DNA of 64,000 bases from Leptolyngbyaceae cyanobacterium (GTDB lineage: Bacteria > Cyanobacteriota > Cyanobacteriia > Phormidesmidales > Phormidesmidaceae): contig CBDHHL010000032.1 of the NCBI GenBank assembly GCA_965263355.1, positions 2,784,001 to 2,848,000 of the forward strand, written 5' to 3'. The position numbers were made by a program, and so were the translations under genes. The notes under the pieces are model-generated. The model saw only the letters and a list, made by a program, of their open reading frames with translations. It made no database searches and was not told the DNA's origin. Each line of letters opens with the position of its first letter. Position 1 is the first letter of the stretch. Positions 39,537-50,077 of the stretch are shown piece after piece.

Positions 39537-39923
39537 TCAGCTACCACAGTAAACAATTAAATCGATTTCAACATCACCATACCCGGCCAAGGCCGTTATT
39601 CCTACTGTAGTGCGACTGGGTAACCGAGCATGGTCAAAGTAAGAAGCATACACCTGATTTACAACTTCGTAATACCGAAAATCGGTCACAAAAATACGCA
39701 CCATTACAACATTCTCAAAGCCAGTGCCAGCATGGGTTAATACCCGTCTGAGATTCTCCATAACTTGACGAGTCTGAGACTCGATATCTAACGTTAAGAC
39801 CTCTCCAGAATCAACATCCTCAGCCAGCTGACCAGTCACAAAGAGAAAGTCTCCTGCCCTGACAGCATGGGAATAAGGAGCTACAGGAGGCAAAACATCG
39901 GGCAGAGTAATAAATTCCAACAT
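39537..39923 (-). CDS. RidA/YjgF/UK114 family protein
   Basis: PYSHAVRAGDFLFVTGQ, QTRQVMENL, PSRTTV, VEIDLI; start placed at MLEFITL. Confidence 0.92.
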   Translation of the reverse strand: MLEFITLPDVLPPVAPYSHAVRAGDFLFVTGQLAEDVDSGEVLTLDIESQTRQVMENLRRVLTHAGTGFENVVMVRIFVTDFRYYEVVNQVYASYFDHARLPSRTTVGITALAGYGDVEIDLIVYCGS

Positions 39924-40162
39924 CTTAGTAGAGCAGCAAACTAGACCAGCGTGATCCAGTTTGGGCACCGAACAAGAATCTACACTGCAAACAAACTAAT
40001 TTATTAAAGAATTGCCCCTACACCCAAGACCCCGAATCGACCAAATACCCTAAAAATTAGAAAGTTTGAGCCAAAACCCTCAAACAAAGAACATATAAGC
40101 CCAGAGCAAAGTAATCCACATCTAAAATCTGCCTGAAATATGATCATTTCCCTGATATATAT

Positions 40163-40197
40163 GGTACATTTGTATCAATAAATAGATCATATGTTCT
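40163..40197. promoter_or_regulatory. Two LexA-box-like near-palindromes upstream of 40223
   Basis: ggtacatttgtatc (40163-40176) and agatcatatgttct (40184-40197). Confidence 0.5.
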
Positions 40198-40222
40198 ATT
40201 CGTTCCTGATCCCGTCTGCAAT

Positions 40223-41137
40223 ATGAACGATTTAGATATGGAACTTCAAACGATTCGACAAAAGCTGCAAACCCTCAAAGCTTCTCCACCAGAGATGGTG
40301 ACAGCTCCATGGAGTCCATCACGTCTCGCCGCTCCTTCACCCAATCTAGCGCAGATAACAACAGCGATTGAGACCCTACGGCAACGCTCCGGGCAAACCT
40401 TATCTCCTCCTGTCTCTAATACTAGTTTGCAGCAGTTCGATGCCGCTCTTAGCACCGTTGCTCAGCTAGCACAACAGCAACAGCAAGCCCTAGAACGCTT
40501 ACAGTCTCTAGGTAAAAGTCTAGTAGAGCAAAGTACTCCTGGCACATCACCAGATATTGATGACATTGCCCGCTTTCTAGCTGAGTATCCGACTATCCAG
40601 ATTCCCATGGTACAGCGGGACACAGATGGCTATCTGGATATGGTCTACCATGCAGTTTATTTGAATGGATCAGGACAAAGCAGTACTAACTCCTTAAAAT
40701 CTCGAACTCAACTTTTCGGGCATCCATTTAACAATACTCAACGCCAAAGTAGTTCGACAGAGTTAGATGAAAGCCCCTACGAAAATCCTCAGTTGCCCGG
40801 CCTCTTAGACGAATTGACACACTTTTGGCAAGTCAACTCCCAAGCATTTCAAAAATGGACCCATCACCAAATCAACTCTACTCAGCGATCTCGTAGTTCA
40901 AATTTCACACTTTTAGATGGGACAATTTGGTGCATTGGAGCCATCATTACGCGTGTCATTCTCAAGTCAATTTTTCAGTTTTATCCAGCTTCCTGGACAC
41001 CAATTGCATTTATGCTAATTGCCGGAATTATATTCACCCTCTACCGATCTATTTTTAGCCCTCGCCCCAACCCAGTAGTCGGCTATCGCACACTCATGAT
41101 CATCATCGGCCTATTAATTGGCGGTCGCTTTACCTAG
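40223..41137 (+). CDS. Hypothetical protein with C-terminal TM helices
   Basis: 304 aa; low-complexity/coiled N-terminus and about 3 hydrophobic helices at the C-terminus ending GGRFT. Confidence 0.75.
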   Translation: MNDLDMELQTIRQKLQTLKASPPEMVTAPWSPSRLAAPSPNLAQITTAIETLRQRSGQTLSPPVSNTSLQQFDAALSTVAQLAQQQQQALERLQSLGKSLVEQSTPGTSPDIDDIARFLAEYPTIQIPMVQRDTDGYLDMVYHAVYLNGSGQSSTNSLKSRTQLFGHPFNNTQRQSSSTELDESPYENPQLPGLLDELTHFWQVNSQAFQKWTHHQINSTQRSRSSNFTLLDGTIWCIGAIITRVILKSIFQFYPASWTPIAFMLIAGIIFTLYRSIFSPRPNPVVGYRTLMIIIGLLIGGRFT

Positions 41138-41270
41138 AAAAGCAAGCTCCAAACCATACTCCACAAGATATTAGACAGTCTACAAATAGTTTCTAAATAG
41201 CGTGTCTTTAAACAGATTTCTAATGTTGTTTATCTTACGCAATGTTCATTTCCTTTAGAGAGGTCTATCC

Positions 41271-41693
41271 ATGGTCTATCCCGCGAAGTTATCCCACCGT
41301 CCCCATTCCCAGAAATTAAGCCCTAAGCCTTTACTAGCCGTTAGTTTAACGATGATTTTAGCTGCGTTATTATTCGACTTTAACGGGCTCAAAACTTTCT
41401 TGCCGTCTTCAAATACCATCAGTCAACAGACCAATTGTAACAGTGTTGTCAGTGACAACGCTCAACTCTCTCGCGAACAGTTAGCTCAGTTACTAACCAT
41501 TCCTGAAAGAGATGCCAAATCGCGAGTACGACAAGTGGTTAGCGAGCCCTATTGCCAACTGCCCACCCTCAAAGTTCGCTCTGGTGTAGATGCTGAACGA
41601 GAAGCCTATCCTCTTGCGTTTGATCCTGGCACGACCCTTGTGATTTTATACGAAAACAATGAATATGCAGGCTATCGTTTCAGCTTTGAGTAG
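41271..41693 (+). CDS. Hypothetical membrane-anchored periplasmic protein
   Basis: RBS gagagg; N-terminal TM; LSREQLAQLL, PYCQL, EREAYPLAFDP. Confidence 0.8.
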   Translation: MVYPAKLSHRPHSQKLSPKPLLAVSLTMILAALLFDFNGLKTFLPSSNTISQQTNCNSVVSDNAQLSREQLAQLLTIPERDAKSRVRQVVSEPYCQLPTLKVRSGVDAEREAYPLAFDPGTTLVILYENNEYAGYRFSFE

Positions 41694-42237
41694 GCTTCAA
41701 CTAAATTTATGGACACCGGTCTTAGGACTGATACTTAGCAGTTGTCAGTCTCAAGCAATTCCACCACAACGCGTGATTAACATACAGCAACAATGGGAAC
41801 TAGAACCAGGTGATCTCATTGGTGATCATCTTGTTGTCGGCAGCTTAGGAGATATCTCTATTCAGCTCAAACACCAATCGCTGAGAGCCCCTTTCCCAGG
41901 CAAAGTGGAACCCAGTACCTTCGACCAATGTGTTATTTACTCCACACCTGAGGTTCCAGCCTATCTATTTCGATTTTGTGGGCTACGGCGACCTAGGTTT
42001 GGTCCTATTAAAGCTGGACAAAGCATAGGAGGTGGTAGTCACGTACAATTTGCGACCTTACGTCGTCAGCCCGATGGCACCTGGATCATTGTTGAACCCT
42101 CCACCGGGGTTCTGGAACGAGCTATTTCTCGTAACTCTCCTAACCCCACTCAAACAATACATCCAACCCCTGAAGCAATTGACCCAGATCAGGTCAAGTC
42201 GCCCCAGTTACTCAATGACAAAAGCTCTCTCAACTGA
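41659..42237 (+). CDS. Hypothetical lipoprotein
   Basis: Lipobox-like LSSC; WELEPGD, LGDISI, APFPGKV, FATLRRQPDGTWIIVEP. Confidence 0.75.
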   Translation: MNMQAIVSALSRLQLNLWTPVLGLILSSCQSQAIPPQRVINIQQQWELEPGDLIGDHLVVGSLGDISIQLKHQSLRAPFPGKVEPSTFDQCVIYSTPEVPAYLFRFCGLRRPRFGPIKAGQSIGGGSHVQFATLRRQPDGTWIIVEPSTGVLERAISRNSPNPTQTIHPTPEAIDPDQVKSPQLLNDKSSLN

Positions 42238-42297
42238 TCTAGTTTTATTGACATATTTTCTTCCCATTGTGTTTCCGTCTTTAGAGTCATAGCTACT

Positions 42298-43653
42298 ATG
42301 CTGCGCTTCAAGTTTCACCACCTCTTTGCACTTTCTCTTCTAGTCACTGGTTTATGTCACCATCCTGCCCAGGCAATGGGGGTACACTTTGAATTAACAG
42401 AACACAATTCAATTTCTCCCACATCTTACGATGAAGTCAAGGAGACATCCCAGCCCAACCAACTAGAGCTAGAAACATCCAGAGAACATAAGGAAAGCTT
42501 TCAACCTCTTTCGATTCCTCCAACAGCCAGTCAGCCACCAATTAACACCCACAACTTAAAAGCAACACTCCCCGACAGCGCTATTGCCGCTACCAGAGTT
42601 TTAACACCACCCCCGACGGAGGCTCTACCTACGTCTCGGATACTGTTACCTAATCACTCTCCTCTACAAATTAAACCTATCGCCCTCAGTTTCAATACCA
42701 CTCAAACTGACCTATCACCACACTCGCCTCAACCATTGGCAAAACCATCAGCACAATCGACATTACCCGACTGGATTTATGCAGGTGGGTCTGACTCCTT
42801 AGTGGCCCGGGTAATTGGTAGTGCTGAAGGTACCCGGACCACCAGTGGTAAACGTACACGAGCATATTATGGTCATACCGACCCAGGCAATGGTGTCTGG
42901 AACATGGGTACATTTTCCTATCAACATGGTGCAAAGTCGCCTCAAGAAGCTGATAAGAAACAATTAAAAAGGCTGCAAGCTCAAGGAAAAACAATGGCCA
43001 ATCAGGCCAATGAAGCAGAGTTGACCATGACCTTAGGTGAAATGCTCAACGGTCTAGACTTGGCTAATCAATCTCCTAGAGCTGCCCTTGAACAGGGTGG
43101 TTATGTCGATCGTCTGGCACAAGCTAAAGAGAAAGGAATGAAAAATAGCGATGCAATCGTCTGGGCTCGCACCTATTCCTATTTAGACCCTAAGACCCAA
43201 CGTTGGAATGCCCCAGGTTTAGGCAATACATTCAATGGCATTCAACGGGACCAAAATCGCCGTCATGATGCCATTGCTCAGGCATTTCATCAGTACCAGG
43301 TACAACGAGAAGATACAGATCAACCTCTAAAAGAAACGTTAACTGCCCCTGCCATAGCTTTAGGCAACCAGCCAGCGCAAACAATACAATCATCAAACAA
43401 CGCGCTTGGTGCATTTCCAGTAGCAGCAGCTATTGCCAAACAGACTCCTGTCATACCCCTGGAATTTACAGTAGCCAAATCGCTAGAGCTAACCCAACAA
43501 AATAGCCAGGGCAAAACTAATTCGACTGCTAGTACACCAAATTCAGATGCCGAGTTATCTCAAGCAGCAACAACTACATTAGCCACTGAAAATAGTTCTC
43601 AGGCCAATGCTCATTCTGAAATTGAGGTAACCGATCCACAAGCTCATAGCTAA
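42298..43653 (+). CDS. Secreted hypothetical protein with a central lysozyme-like domain
   Basis: Signal peptide (AQA); Pro/Ser/Thr-rich linkers around IGSAEGTR...YYGHTDPGNGVWNMGTFSYQHG...DLANQSP...WNAPGL. Confidence 0.7.
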   Translation: MLRFKFHHLFALSLLVTGLCHHPAQAMGVHFELTEHNSISPTSYDEVKETSQPNQLELETSREHKESFQPLSIPPTASQPPINTHNLKATLPDSAIAATRVLTPPPTEALPTSRILLPNHSPLQIKPIALSFNTTQTDLSPHSPQPLAKPSAQSTLPDWIYAGGSDSLVARVIGSAEGTRTTSGKRTRAYYGHTDPGNGVWNMGTFSYQHGAKSPQEADKKQLKRLQAQGKTMANQANEAELTMTLGEMLNGLDLANQSPRAALEQGGYVDRLAQAKEKGMKNSDAIVWARTYSYLDPKTQRWNAPGLGNTFNGIQRDQNRRHDAIAQAFHQYQVQREDTDQPLKETLTAPAIALGNQPAQTIQSSNNALGAFPVAAAIAKQTPVIPLEFTVAKSLELTQQNSQGKTNSTASTPNSDAELSQAATTTLATENSSQANAHSEIEVTDPQAHS

Positions 43654-43752
43654 AAACTCATAATCTAATGCCATAGGTTTTAACCCGAAAATAGACAACA
43701 GCAAAAAAAGCAAGCTAGAGTGAGTTTGGTGTCGGCTGGCCATGTAACGATC

Positions 43753-44184
43753 ATGCAACCTCCATCTTCTCCAATCTCATCGCTCTCAGACGCGATCGAA
43801 CGCTGTCAAGCCCTAGGCATGCGTTTAAGCCGTCAACGTCGCTACATTTTAGAGCTACTTTGGGATGTCCAATCCCATCTCTCTGCTCGCGAAATTTATG
43901 ATCAGCTGAATCAACGAGGTAAAAAAATTGGTCACACATCCGTTTATCAAAATCTGGATGCTCTGTTCGACCATGGCATCATTGAGTGCGTCGAGCGTTC
44001 AGATGGTCGATTATATAGTCATCTAAATAGCTCTCACAGCCATGTTACTTGCTTAGATAGTCAGAAAATTATTGACATCAATATTGAATTACCCAGTGCA
44101 GTGATTCAAGAGGTAGAACAACGCACTGGGGTTAAGATTACTGACTATCGTATTGATTTTTTTGGCACTACAACCAGCCAATAA
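43753..44184 (+). CDS. Fur family transcriptional regulator
   Basis: GMRLSRQR..ILE, HLSAREIY, TSVYQNL, HSHVTC. Confidence 0.9.
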   Translation: MQPPSSPISSLSDAIERCQALGMRLSRQRRYILELLWDVQSHLSAREIYDQLNQRGKKIGHTSVYQNLDALFDHGIIECVERSDGRLYSHLNSSHSHVTCLDSQKIIDINIELPSAVIQEVEQRTGVKITDYRIDFFGTTTSQ

Positions 44185-44419
44185 GCAACTTGTTCAGACT
44201 GCCTAAGCTCTTGGCTGTAGAGATTACTATAGCTTGATACCTTTAGTCACCTAATACGTCACGGCTAAAAAGCACAAATACCGTCCCAAATACGATAACG
44301 GCTAACGTCAAATCCATAGTTATATCCTCATCCAATTCTTGGCCATTACCAGAATGCCCTGCTCGATGTTCTAACACCAGTACTTAACATAAGTTTTTTT
44401 GAAATTTTTACAATCAGCT

Positions 44420-45547
44420 TTAGCTACGAATTTGCACAGGCATAACTAAATAGGTCATCTTCAAACCACTGACAGGCGTCAGAATTGCTGGACTCGTCGA
44501 TGAGTTACACTGCAGTTGAATTTCACTACTGGGCAAAGCTCGAAGCCCCTCTAACAGGTATCTCACATTAAAAGCAATATCCAGATCATCACCGGTCACT
44601 TGAGCAGCCATTTCCTCCCGGCCGCTGCCAACCTCCTGGGCTTCTACTGAAAGTGCCAATATCTGCTCTGAACCAGTAATGGACAACTTCACAATATTAT
44701 TACGCTGATCTGCAAGCACACCGATACGCTCTAAGGCCGACATAAGTTGCTTACGATCTATTGTCAGCTGCCGCTCAAACTGCTTAGGAATAAGTTGACG
44801 ATAGTTGGGATACTGACCTTCCAGCAGGCGAGTTGTAATGCGCTGATGTCCTAGTTCAAAGACAACTTGAGTGGGATTAAATCTGAGGGAAATCGGTTCA
44901 GTGCCTTGATAGGACTGCAGTAGACGCTCTAATTCTCGCAGTGCCTTGCCAGGGACAGTGACATCAATAGAAAGATCTACCCCTGAATCATCTACACTTT
45001 GCACTACGGCTAATCGATGACCATCAGTGGCAGCAAACTCTAAGTTTTCAGGCTCTGCGACAACATGGACACCAGTCAGTACTTGTTTTGTCTCATCAGA
45101 GCTAGTAGCAAATAAAGCCCCGCGTAAACCTTCTAAAATTGACTCTGCAGAAACGCTTGCTATCTGTCCATCTTCCACCAAAGGCAAATTAGGATAGTCA
45201 GTCGCTTCCATGCCCCGCACCTGATATTCCCCAGCCGAACAGGTGAGTGTGATTACCGGTTCTGTTGGTGATTGGCTAAAATCCAAATCTTCTGACGGAA
45301 GTTTAGCAACAATGTCACCTAGCAATTTGGCCGGCACAGTTAAAATACCCCCCTCATCCACATGGGCAGAGAAACTGGTTTGAATCCCAAGCGTTTCATC
45401 AAAGCTGGTAAGGGTTATGCGCTGTGAATCTTCATCCACATTGACCAAAATATTTGCCAACACGGGCTTGTTGGGCCTGGAAGGAACTGCCCGACTGACA
45501 ATTGAAAGGTGTGTGTTGAGATCCCCCTGGGAGCACACGAACTTCAT
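44420..45547 (-). CDS. dnaN: DNA polymerase III beta sliding clamp
   Basis: MKFVCSQ start, ATDGHRLA, GQYPNYRQLIP, IAFNVRYL, YLVMPVQIR; directly downstream of dnaA. Confidence 0.97.
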   Translation of the reverse strand: MKFVCSQGDLNTHLSIVSRAVPSRPNKPVLANILVNVDEDSQRITLTSFDETLGIQTSFSAHVDEGGILTVPAKLLGDIVAKLPSEDLDFSQSPTEPVITLTCSAGEYQVRGMEATDYPNLPLVEDGQIASVSAESILEGLRGALFATSSDETKQVLTGVHVVAEPENLEFAATDGHRLAVVQSVDDSGVDLSIDVTVPGKALRELERLLQSYQGTEPISLRFNPTQVVFELGHQRITTRLLEGQYPNYRQLIPKQFERQLTIDRKQLMSALERIGVLADQRNNIVKLSITGSEQILALSVEAQEVGSGREEMAAQVTGDDLDIAFNVRYLLEGLRALPSSEIQLQCNSSTSPAILTPVSGLKMTYLVMPVQIRS

Positions 45548-45659
45548 GGCTGACATATGTCTATCAAGAATGCTGGCCAATCGTAACACCCTGACAGAAG
45601 GATGGAAAGCCTTTATTTTAAGCAATTTTCATTACTCTGTTTTCTATATCTGTTTCCTT

Positions 45660-46000
45660 ATTAGATTTAAATCATAGTAGTAGTAGGGCTTGTGGAAACT
45701 GTGGAAAACCTTATCGTAAGCCTTCTATACAAGGCAATTGACTGAAAATAGCTATGGGGAAAAAGTGTGGATATTTAAGGACGTTTTCCACAGGATGTTA
45801 GAGAGTTAAATCTTTTTCCCCATTGCCTATGCCTTTCTCCCCAGCTAATCCCCAAACTTTCCACAGCTAAAATAGAGTTTTCCACAAGCTTATGCTCCCC
45901 CGTTTTGGAACTAAATTTAATATTTCCAATGCTTTATCAGATAAATATTTCGATTTTGAAAGTTCTGCAGTACTAGTTTTCCAGAAGCTTTTTCACAGGA
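45660..46000. other. Replication origin oriC (DnaA-box cluster, DnaA-trios, AT-rich unwinding region)
   Basis: Boxes tgtggaaac 45691, tgtggaaaa 45700, tgtggatat 45766, ttttccaca 45784, ctttccaca 45857, ttttccaca 45878 plus degenerate ones; tagtagtagtag trios at 45675-45686; lies between dnaA and dnaN. Confidence 0.9.
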
Positions 46001-46049
46001 TGCTACCCATAGAACGAGCCTTGAAGGATAGTTATTAACTACTTGGTCA

Positions 46050-47414
46050 CTAATTGGAGCGGTTACTCAGGCTGATTCGATCACTTAACTCACGTACTGT
46101 TTGAGCCATATTGAGATCTTTCTTAATCAGTTGAGTGATTTTATCGCAGCTGTAGAGTACTGTAGTGTGATCTTTTCCGCCAAAAACTTCACCTATTTTG
46201 GGCAGGCTTAAGTCCGTATGTTTTCGCATTAGGTACATTGCGACCTGACGAGCTTGACTAATTTCGCGTCGTCGAGAATTGCCCTTTAGCGCTTCTACAG
46301 GAATATTTAAAACTTCGGAAACGATATCGATCACTGATGTAGGAGAGGCATCTACTTTACCTGCGGGAGCATCAAGCACAGGCTTGAGGTTTTCAATGGT
46401 CATGGGTAGACCGGAAATGGATGTGTAGGCGATGGCTCGAATGAGTGCTCCTTCTAGTTCTCGAATGTTGGAGGTGTAACCAGAGGCAATGTACTCGGTT
46501 ACCTCGCGACTAAGTGTGACGTTCTCGTACTCGGCTTTTTTCTGCAGAATAGCCATCCTGGTTTCAAAATCAGGAGGCTGAATGTCAGCAATTAATCCCA
46601 TGGAAAACCGTGAACATAGTCTTTCCTGCAGCCTAGGGATTTTATTGGGTGGACGGTCGGACGCGAGTACAATCTGTTTGCCTGCTTCATGCAGTGTATT
46701 AAAGGTGTGGAAGAACTCCTCTTGCGTGTATTCTTTACCTTCAATAAACTGGATATCATCGACCATAATGATGTCAACTGCGCGATATTGCTCACGAAAG
46801 CGCTGCATGCTGTCACGGCGAATGGATGTAATCAAGTCATTGGTAAACTGTTCGGTGGAAACGTAGGCAATGCGAGCAGTTTTATCAATATCTAAACGGT
46901 AGTGGCCGATCGATTGCATCAAATGAGTTTTGCCTAGACCAACACCGCCACACAAAAATAAGGGATTAAATTCACGACCGGGTGATTCTGCGACAGCTAG
47001 GGCTGCAGCATGTGCCATGCGATTATTAGAGCCGACAACGAACCTTGAAAAGACAGCCTTAGGGTTTAGGTCTGGAGGGTTTGATTTGCTGCTATTTGTC
47101 CGCTCATTCGTTTGAACAGGTGGCCAGGCAACAGCTTCTCCTGTTCGATTGCTATTACCATTACTGGCTTCGCTAACGGTGACTACGATATTGATTTCCT
47201 GACCTAAGAGTTCTTGGGCAACATCGGAAATAACTTGAATGTAGTGTTTCTGGACCCAGTTTCGGGCGAAAGGATTGGGAGTGGAAATAGTCAGGGTGCT
47301 GTCAGCCAATGTTTGGAGGCGTGTTGGTTTGATCCACGTCTCAAATGTGGGACCACTGAGCTGGTCCTGAAGTTTATTGAGGACTTCATTCCAAAGACCA
47401 TCTACGTTATCCAC
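46050..47414 (-). CDS. dnaA: Chromosomal replication initiator DnaA
   Basis: [67 protein letters not shown]; start placed at GTG 47414 behind GGAGG. Confidence 0.98.
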   Translation of the reverse strand: MDNVDGLWNEVLNKLQDQLSGPTFETWIKPTRLQTLADSTLTISTPNPFARNWVQKHYIQVISDVAQELLGQEINIVVTVSEASNGNSNRTGEAVAWPPVQTNERTNSSKSNPPDLNPKAVFSRFVVGSNNRMAHAAALAVAESPGREFNPLFLCGGVGLGKTHLMQSIGHYRLDIDKTARIAYVSTEQFTNDLITSIRRDSMQRFREQYRAVDIIMVDDIQFIEGKEYTQEEFFHTFNTLHEAGKQIVLASDRPPNKIPRLQERLCSRFSMGLIADIQPPDFETRMAILQKKAEYENVTLSREVTEYIASGYTSNIRELEGALIRAIAYTSISGLPMTIENLKPVLDAPAGKVDASPTSVIDIVSEVLNIPVEALKGNSRRREISQARQVAMYLMRKHTDLSLPKIGEVFGGKDHTTVLYSCDKITQLIKKDLNMAQTVRELSDRISLSNRSN

Positions 47415-47415
47415 A
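47407..47415 (+). promoter_or_regulatory. Perfect DnaA box overlapping the dnaA start codon
   Basis: TTATCCACA at 47407-47415. Confidence 0.6.
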
Positions 47416-47465
47416 ACTACCCCTCCGGCTAAAGGTAAGTGCACTCTGCACCGATCATTAAGTTT

Positions 47466-47507
47466 TTTCATAGCTGTGCTTTCCTAACGTTAAGCACAGC
47501 TATGAAA
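47466..47507. repeat. 16-bp perfect inverted repeat in the dnaA upstream/leader region
   Basis: tttcatagctgtgctt-N10-aagcacagctatgaaa. Confidence 0.85.
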
Positions 47508-48320
47508 GGACCTCAAAATTTCACACAACATTAGCTTAGTGTGTGCTGAAGTTAGAACTTTGTGAGGCAGATCCCTGGGATCGCAGATTGACTAACAGTC
47601 AACAATCGAACTAAAAAGTTTGAATAGGTTATAGCTCTGCATACAATAGTTGAACAAAACTAGACATTAAGCTGAGTCCCCAAGGTTCAGACTGAAAACT
47701 AAGGCAGTTTACGGAGCAGTACTTTAATACATCAAGCAATGATAATGATATTGATAGGCTAATCATCTTTACTCTAAAACGCTTGAGTTATCAGACAAAC
47801 CCGTATCAAGGATGCACGACTATTGGAGGGCTGATAATGTTAACGAAACTTCCCCTGAAAAATTAGCCATGCAAATAGTGCTCCACAAACTAGGCTGGCA
47901 TATCTACGTAGGTATAACTTCCTAAACCATTGAAAATTAATTAGCTCTAATACACTAACCTGTTGTTGCTCACATATCCAGAACGCACACAAGATAAATC
48001 TGGTACATGGATATAAGCTTATCTAAAGGATGTCATTAATAGCTTAATGGGGATCAGTCTATGGTCAAGCCGAACTGGCACAGCTTAGATGGCTGAAGTT
48101 TGATACGGCGTTTATATGAAAGTAGTGGATGAATGCCTGAATAATGGTGTTGCTAATTAGGGGTTTTGAGCGTGTGAATGTACTGCTACTTTCATGGCCT
48201 CTCCGGGGGGTGCCCGCGTCCAGTAGAAAAGTTGATGCATAGTCTGCAAGCTCTGAAAAATGGTGCTTCTTTGCAGTGCAGGTTCTTCAAATTTTTTGAT
48301 CAGATTCCTTACGAAAATTC

Positions 48321-49505
48321 ATGTCTAAGTCCATGTCTAAGTTACGCTCGTCCACTCTTCGGTTTGTTAAGTCATTAGCTGTTTATGGTGTGATTGCGGT
48401 TTCTAGTGCAACAGCGGCAGTGTTTACTACGGCACGACTAATGCCGACAACGGCGCAATCGTCATCATCGGGTTCCGGTCGTTTACTGACGGGGAGTAGT
48501 TTTATTGCGTCTGTTGCTGATCAGGTGGGGCCTGCGGTTGTTCGGATTGATTCATCTCGGACAGTAACTCGACGACCTGGGCCGTTTAATGATCCGTTTT
48601 TTCGGGAATTTTTTGGTGACATGTGGGAGCCGCCTTCTTCTCGAGTTGAGCGTGGTCAAGGATCTGGTTTTGTGGTTGAATCCGATGGTGTGATTTGGAC
48701 CAATGCCCACGTGGTTGAAGGGGCAGATACTGTGACTGTGACCCTCAAAGATGGGCGTGAGTTTAGTGGTGAAGTACTTGGGGAAGATCCTCTTACAGAT
48801 GTGGCGGTGATCAAGGTCCAATCTCGGGATCTGCCAACGGTAAATTTAGGAAACTCAGAGCAGCTACGGCCAGGGGAGTGGGCTATTGCCATTGGTAATC
48901 CTCTGGGGTTGGATAATACTGTGACTGCTGGGATTATCAGTGCGACAGGGCGTACTAGCGCCCAGATTAGAGTGCCGGATAAACGGGTTCAGTTTATTCA
49001 GACAGATGCGGCTATTAATCCAGGAAATTCAGGCGGTCCGCTATTGAATGAGCGGGGTGAAGTGATTGGCATTAATACAGCGATTATTGGTGGGGCCCAA
49101 GGGTTAGGGTTTGCAATTCCGATTAATGCCGCCCAGGGTTTAGCGCAAGAACTGATTGAAAAAGGTCGGGTGGATCATGCCTATTTAGGGATTCAGATGC
49201 GGACACTGACATCAGACCTGCGCCAACAAATTAATCGTGATTCACGCAATGATGTACGTTTATCTGCAGATGAAGGTGTGATTATTTTAGGGTTAATGCG
49301 CAATTCCCCAGCTGTTGAAGCTGGATTAGAGGTGGGGGATGTAATTGTTGCTATGAATGGTCGGACGATTACGAACGCTGAGCAAGTTCAACACATTGTT
49401 CAGGGGCTAGGGGTCGGTGAGTCGATTGCTCTGGAAATTGACCGTGGTGGTCGTCAAGTCGCGATAGATGTAGAAACGAAGGCACTGCCTCAGCAGCGAC
49501 GATGA
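48321..49505 (+). CDS. HtrA/DegP (HhoA/HhoB-type) serine protease with PDZ domain
   Basis: [42 protein letters not shown]; single PDZ domain. Confidence 0.95.
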   Translation: MSKSMSKLRSSTLRFVKSLAVYGVIAVSSATAAVFTTARLMPTTAQSSSSGSGRLLTGSSFIASVADQVGPAVVRIDSSRTVTRRPGPFNDPFFREFFGDMWEPPSSRVERGQGSGFVVESDGVIWTNAHVVEGADTVTVTLKDGREFSGEVLGEDPLTDVAVIKVQSRDLPTVNLGNSEQLRPGEWAIAIGNPLGLDNTVTAGIISATGRTSAQIRVPDKRVQFIQTDAAINPGNSGGPLLNERGEVIGINTAIIGGAQGLGFAIPINAAQGLAQELIEKGRVDHAYLGIQMRTLTSDLRQQINRDSRNDVRLSADEGVIILGLMRNSPAVEAGLEVGDVIVAMNGRTITNAEQVQHIVQGLGVGESIALEIDRGGRQVAIDVETKALPQQRR

Positions 49506-50026
49506 GTATACGGTCTGTCATTGAGTTGGGGGATATGAGATTGAGATCGCATGCCCAACCCATCCGTGATTTTAACGATCCACAATTACAGTGTCTTATT
49601 GATGACCTGCTAGCAACGGCGGCGGCTAAAAATGGTGTTGGTATTGCCGCCCCCCAAGTGGCTGAGGGGCTACAGCTTTTTATCGTGGCATCTTGTCCGA
49701 ACCCACGGTATCCCAAAGCACCAACCATGGAGCCTTTAGCTATGATTAATCCACAGTTGCTGAGCCATAGTGAAGAGCAGGTCAAAGGTTGGGAAGGCTG
49801 CCTCAGCGTGCCAGGTCGACGGGGGTTAGTGCCTCGGTTCCGGGAAATCGAAGTGATTTACCAAGATCGCCATGGCGATGAGCATCGGCAATATTTACAG
49901 GATTTTGTCGCTCGGATCTTTCAACACGAGCATGACCATCTACAGGGCAAGGTGTTTCTGGACCGCATAGAGCATCCTGATGACGTTTTGACAGAGGCCG
50001 AGTATCAAAAACGATTTGTAATGTAG
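49502..50026 (+). CDS. def: Peptide deformylase
   Basis: [23 protein letters not shown]. Confidence 0.96.
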   Translation: MSIRSVIELGDMRLRSHAQPIRDFNDPQLQCLIDDLLATAAAKNGVGIAAPQVAEGLQLFIVASCPNPRYPKAPTMEPLAMINPQLLSHSEEQVKGWEGCLSVPGRRGLVPRFREIEVIYQDRHGDEHRQYLQDFVARIFQHEHDHLQGKVFLDRIEHPDDVLTEAEYQKRFVM

Positions 50027-50049
50027 GGTCGTTGCATGCAATGACCCTA
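50024..50049. terminator. Hairpin between convergent def and deaD
   Basis: tagggtcgttgc-at-gcaatgacccta. Confidence 0.5.
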
Positions 50050-50077
50050 CGACCCTACATAATTGGTTACTGAGTTG

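Noticed and set aside
47415..47471. N-terminal extension of DnaA in the ORF track (likewise dnaN 45548-45625)
   Set aside because: A GGAGG RBS precedes GTG 47414 and homology starts there; dnaN homology starts at MKFVCSQ.
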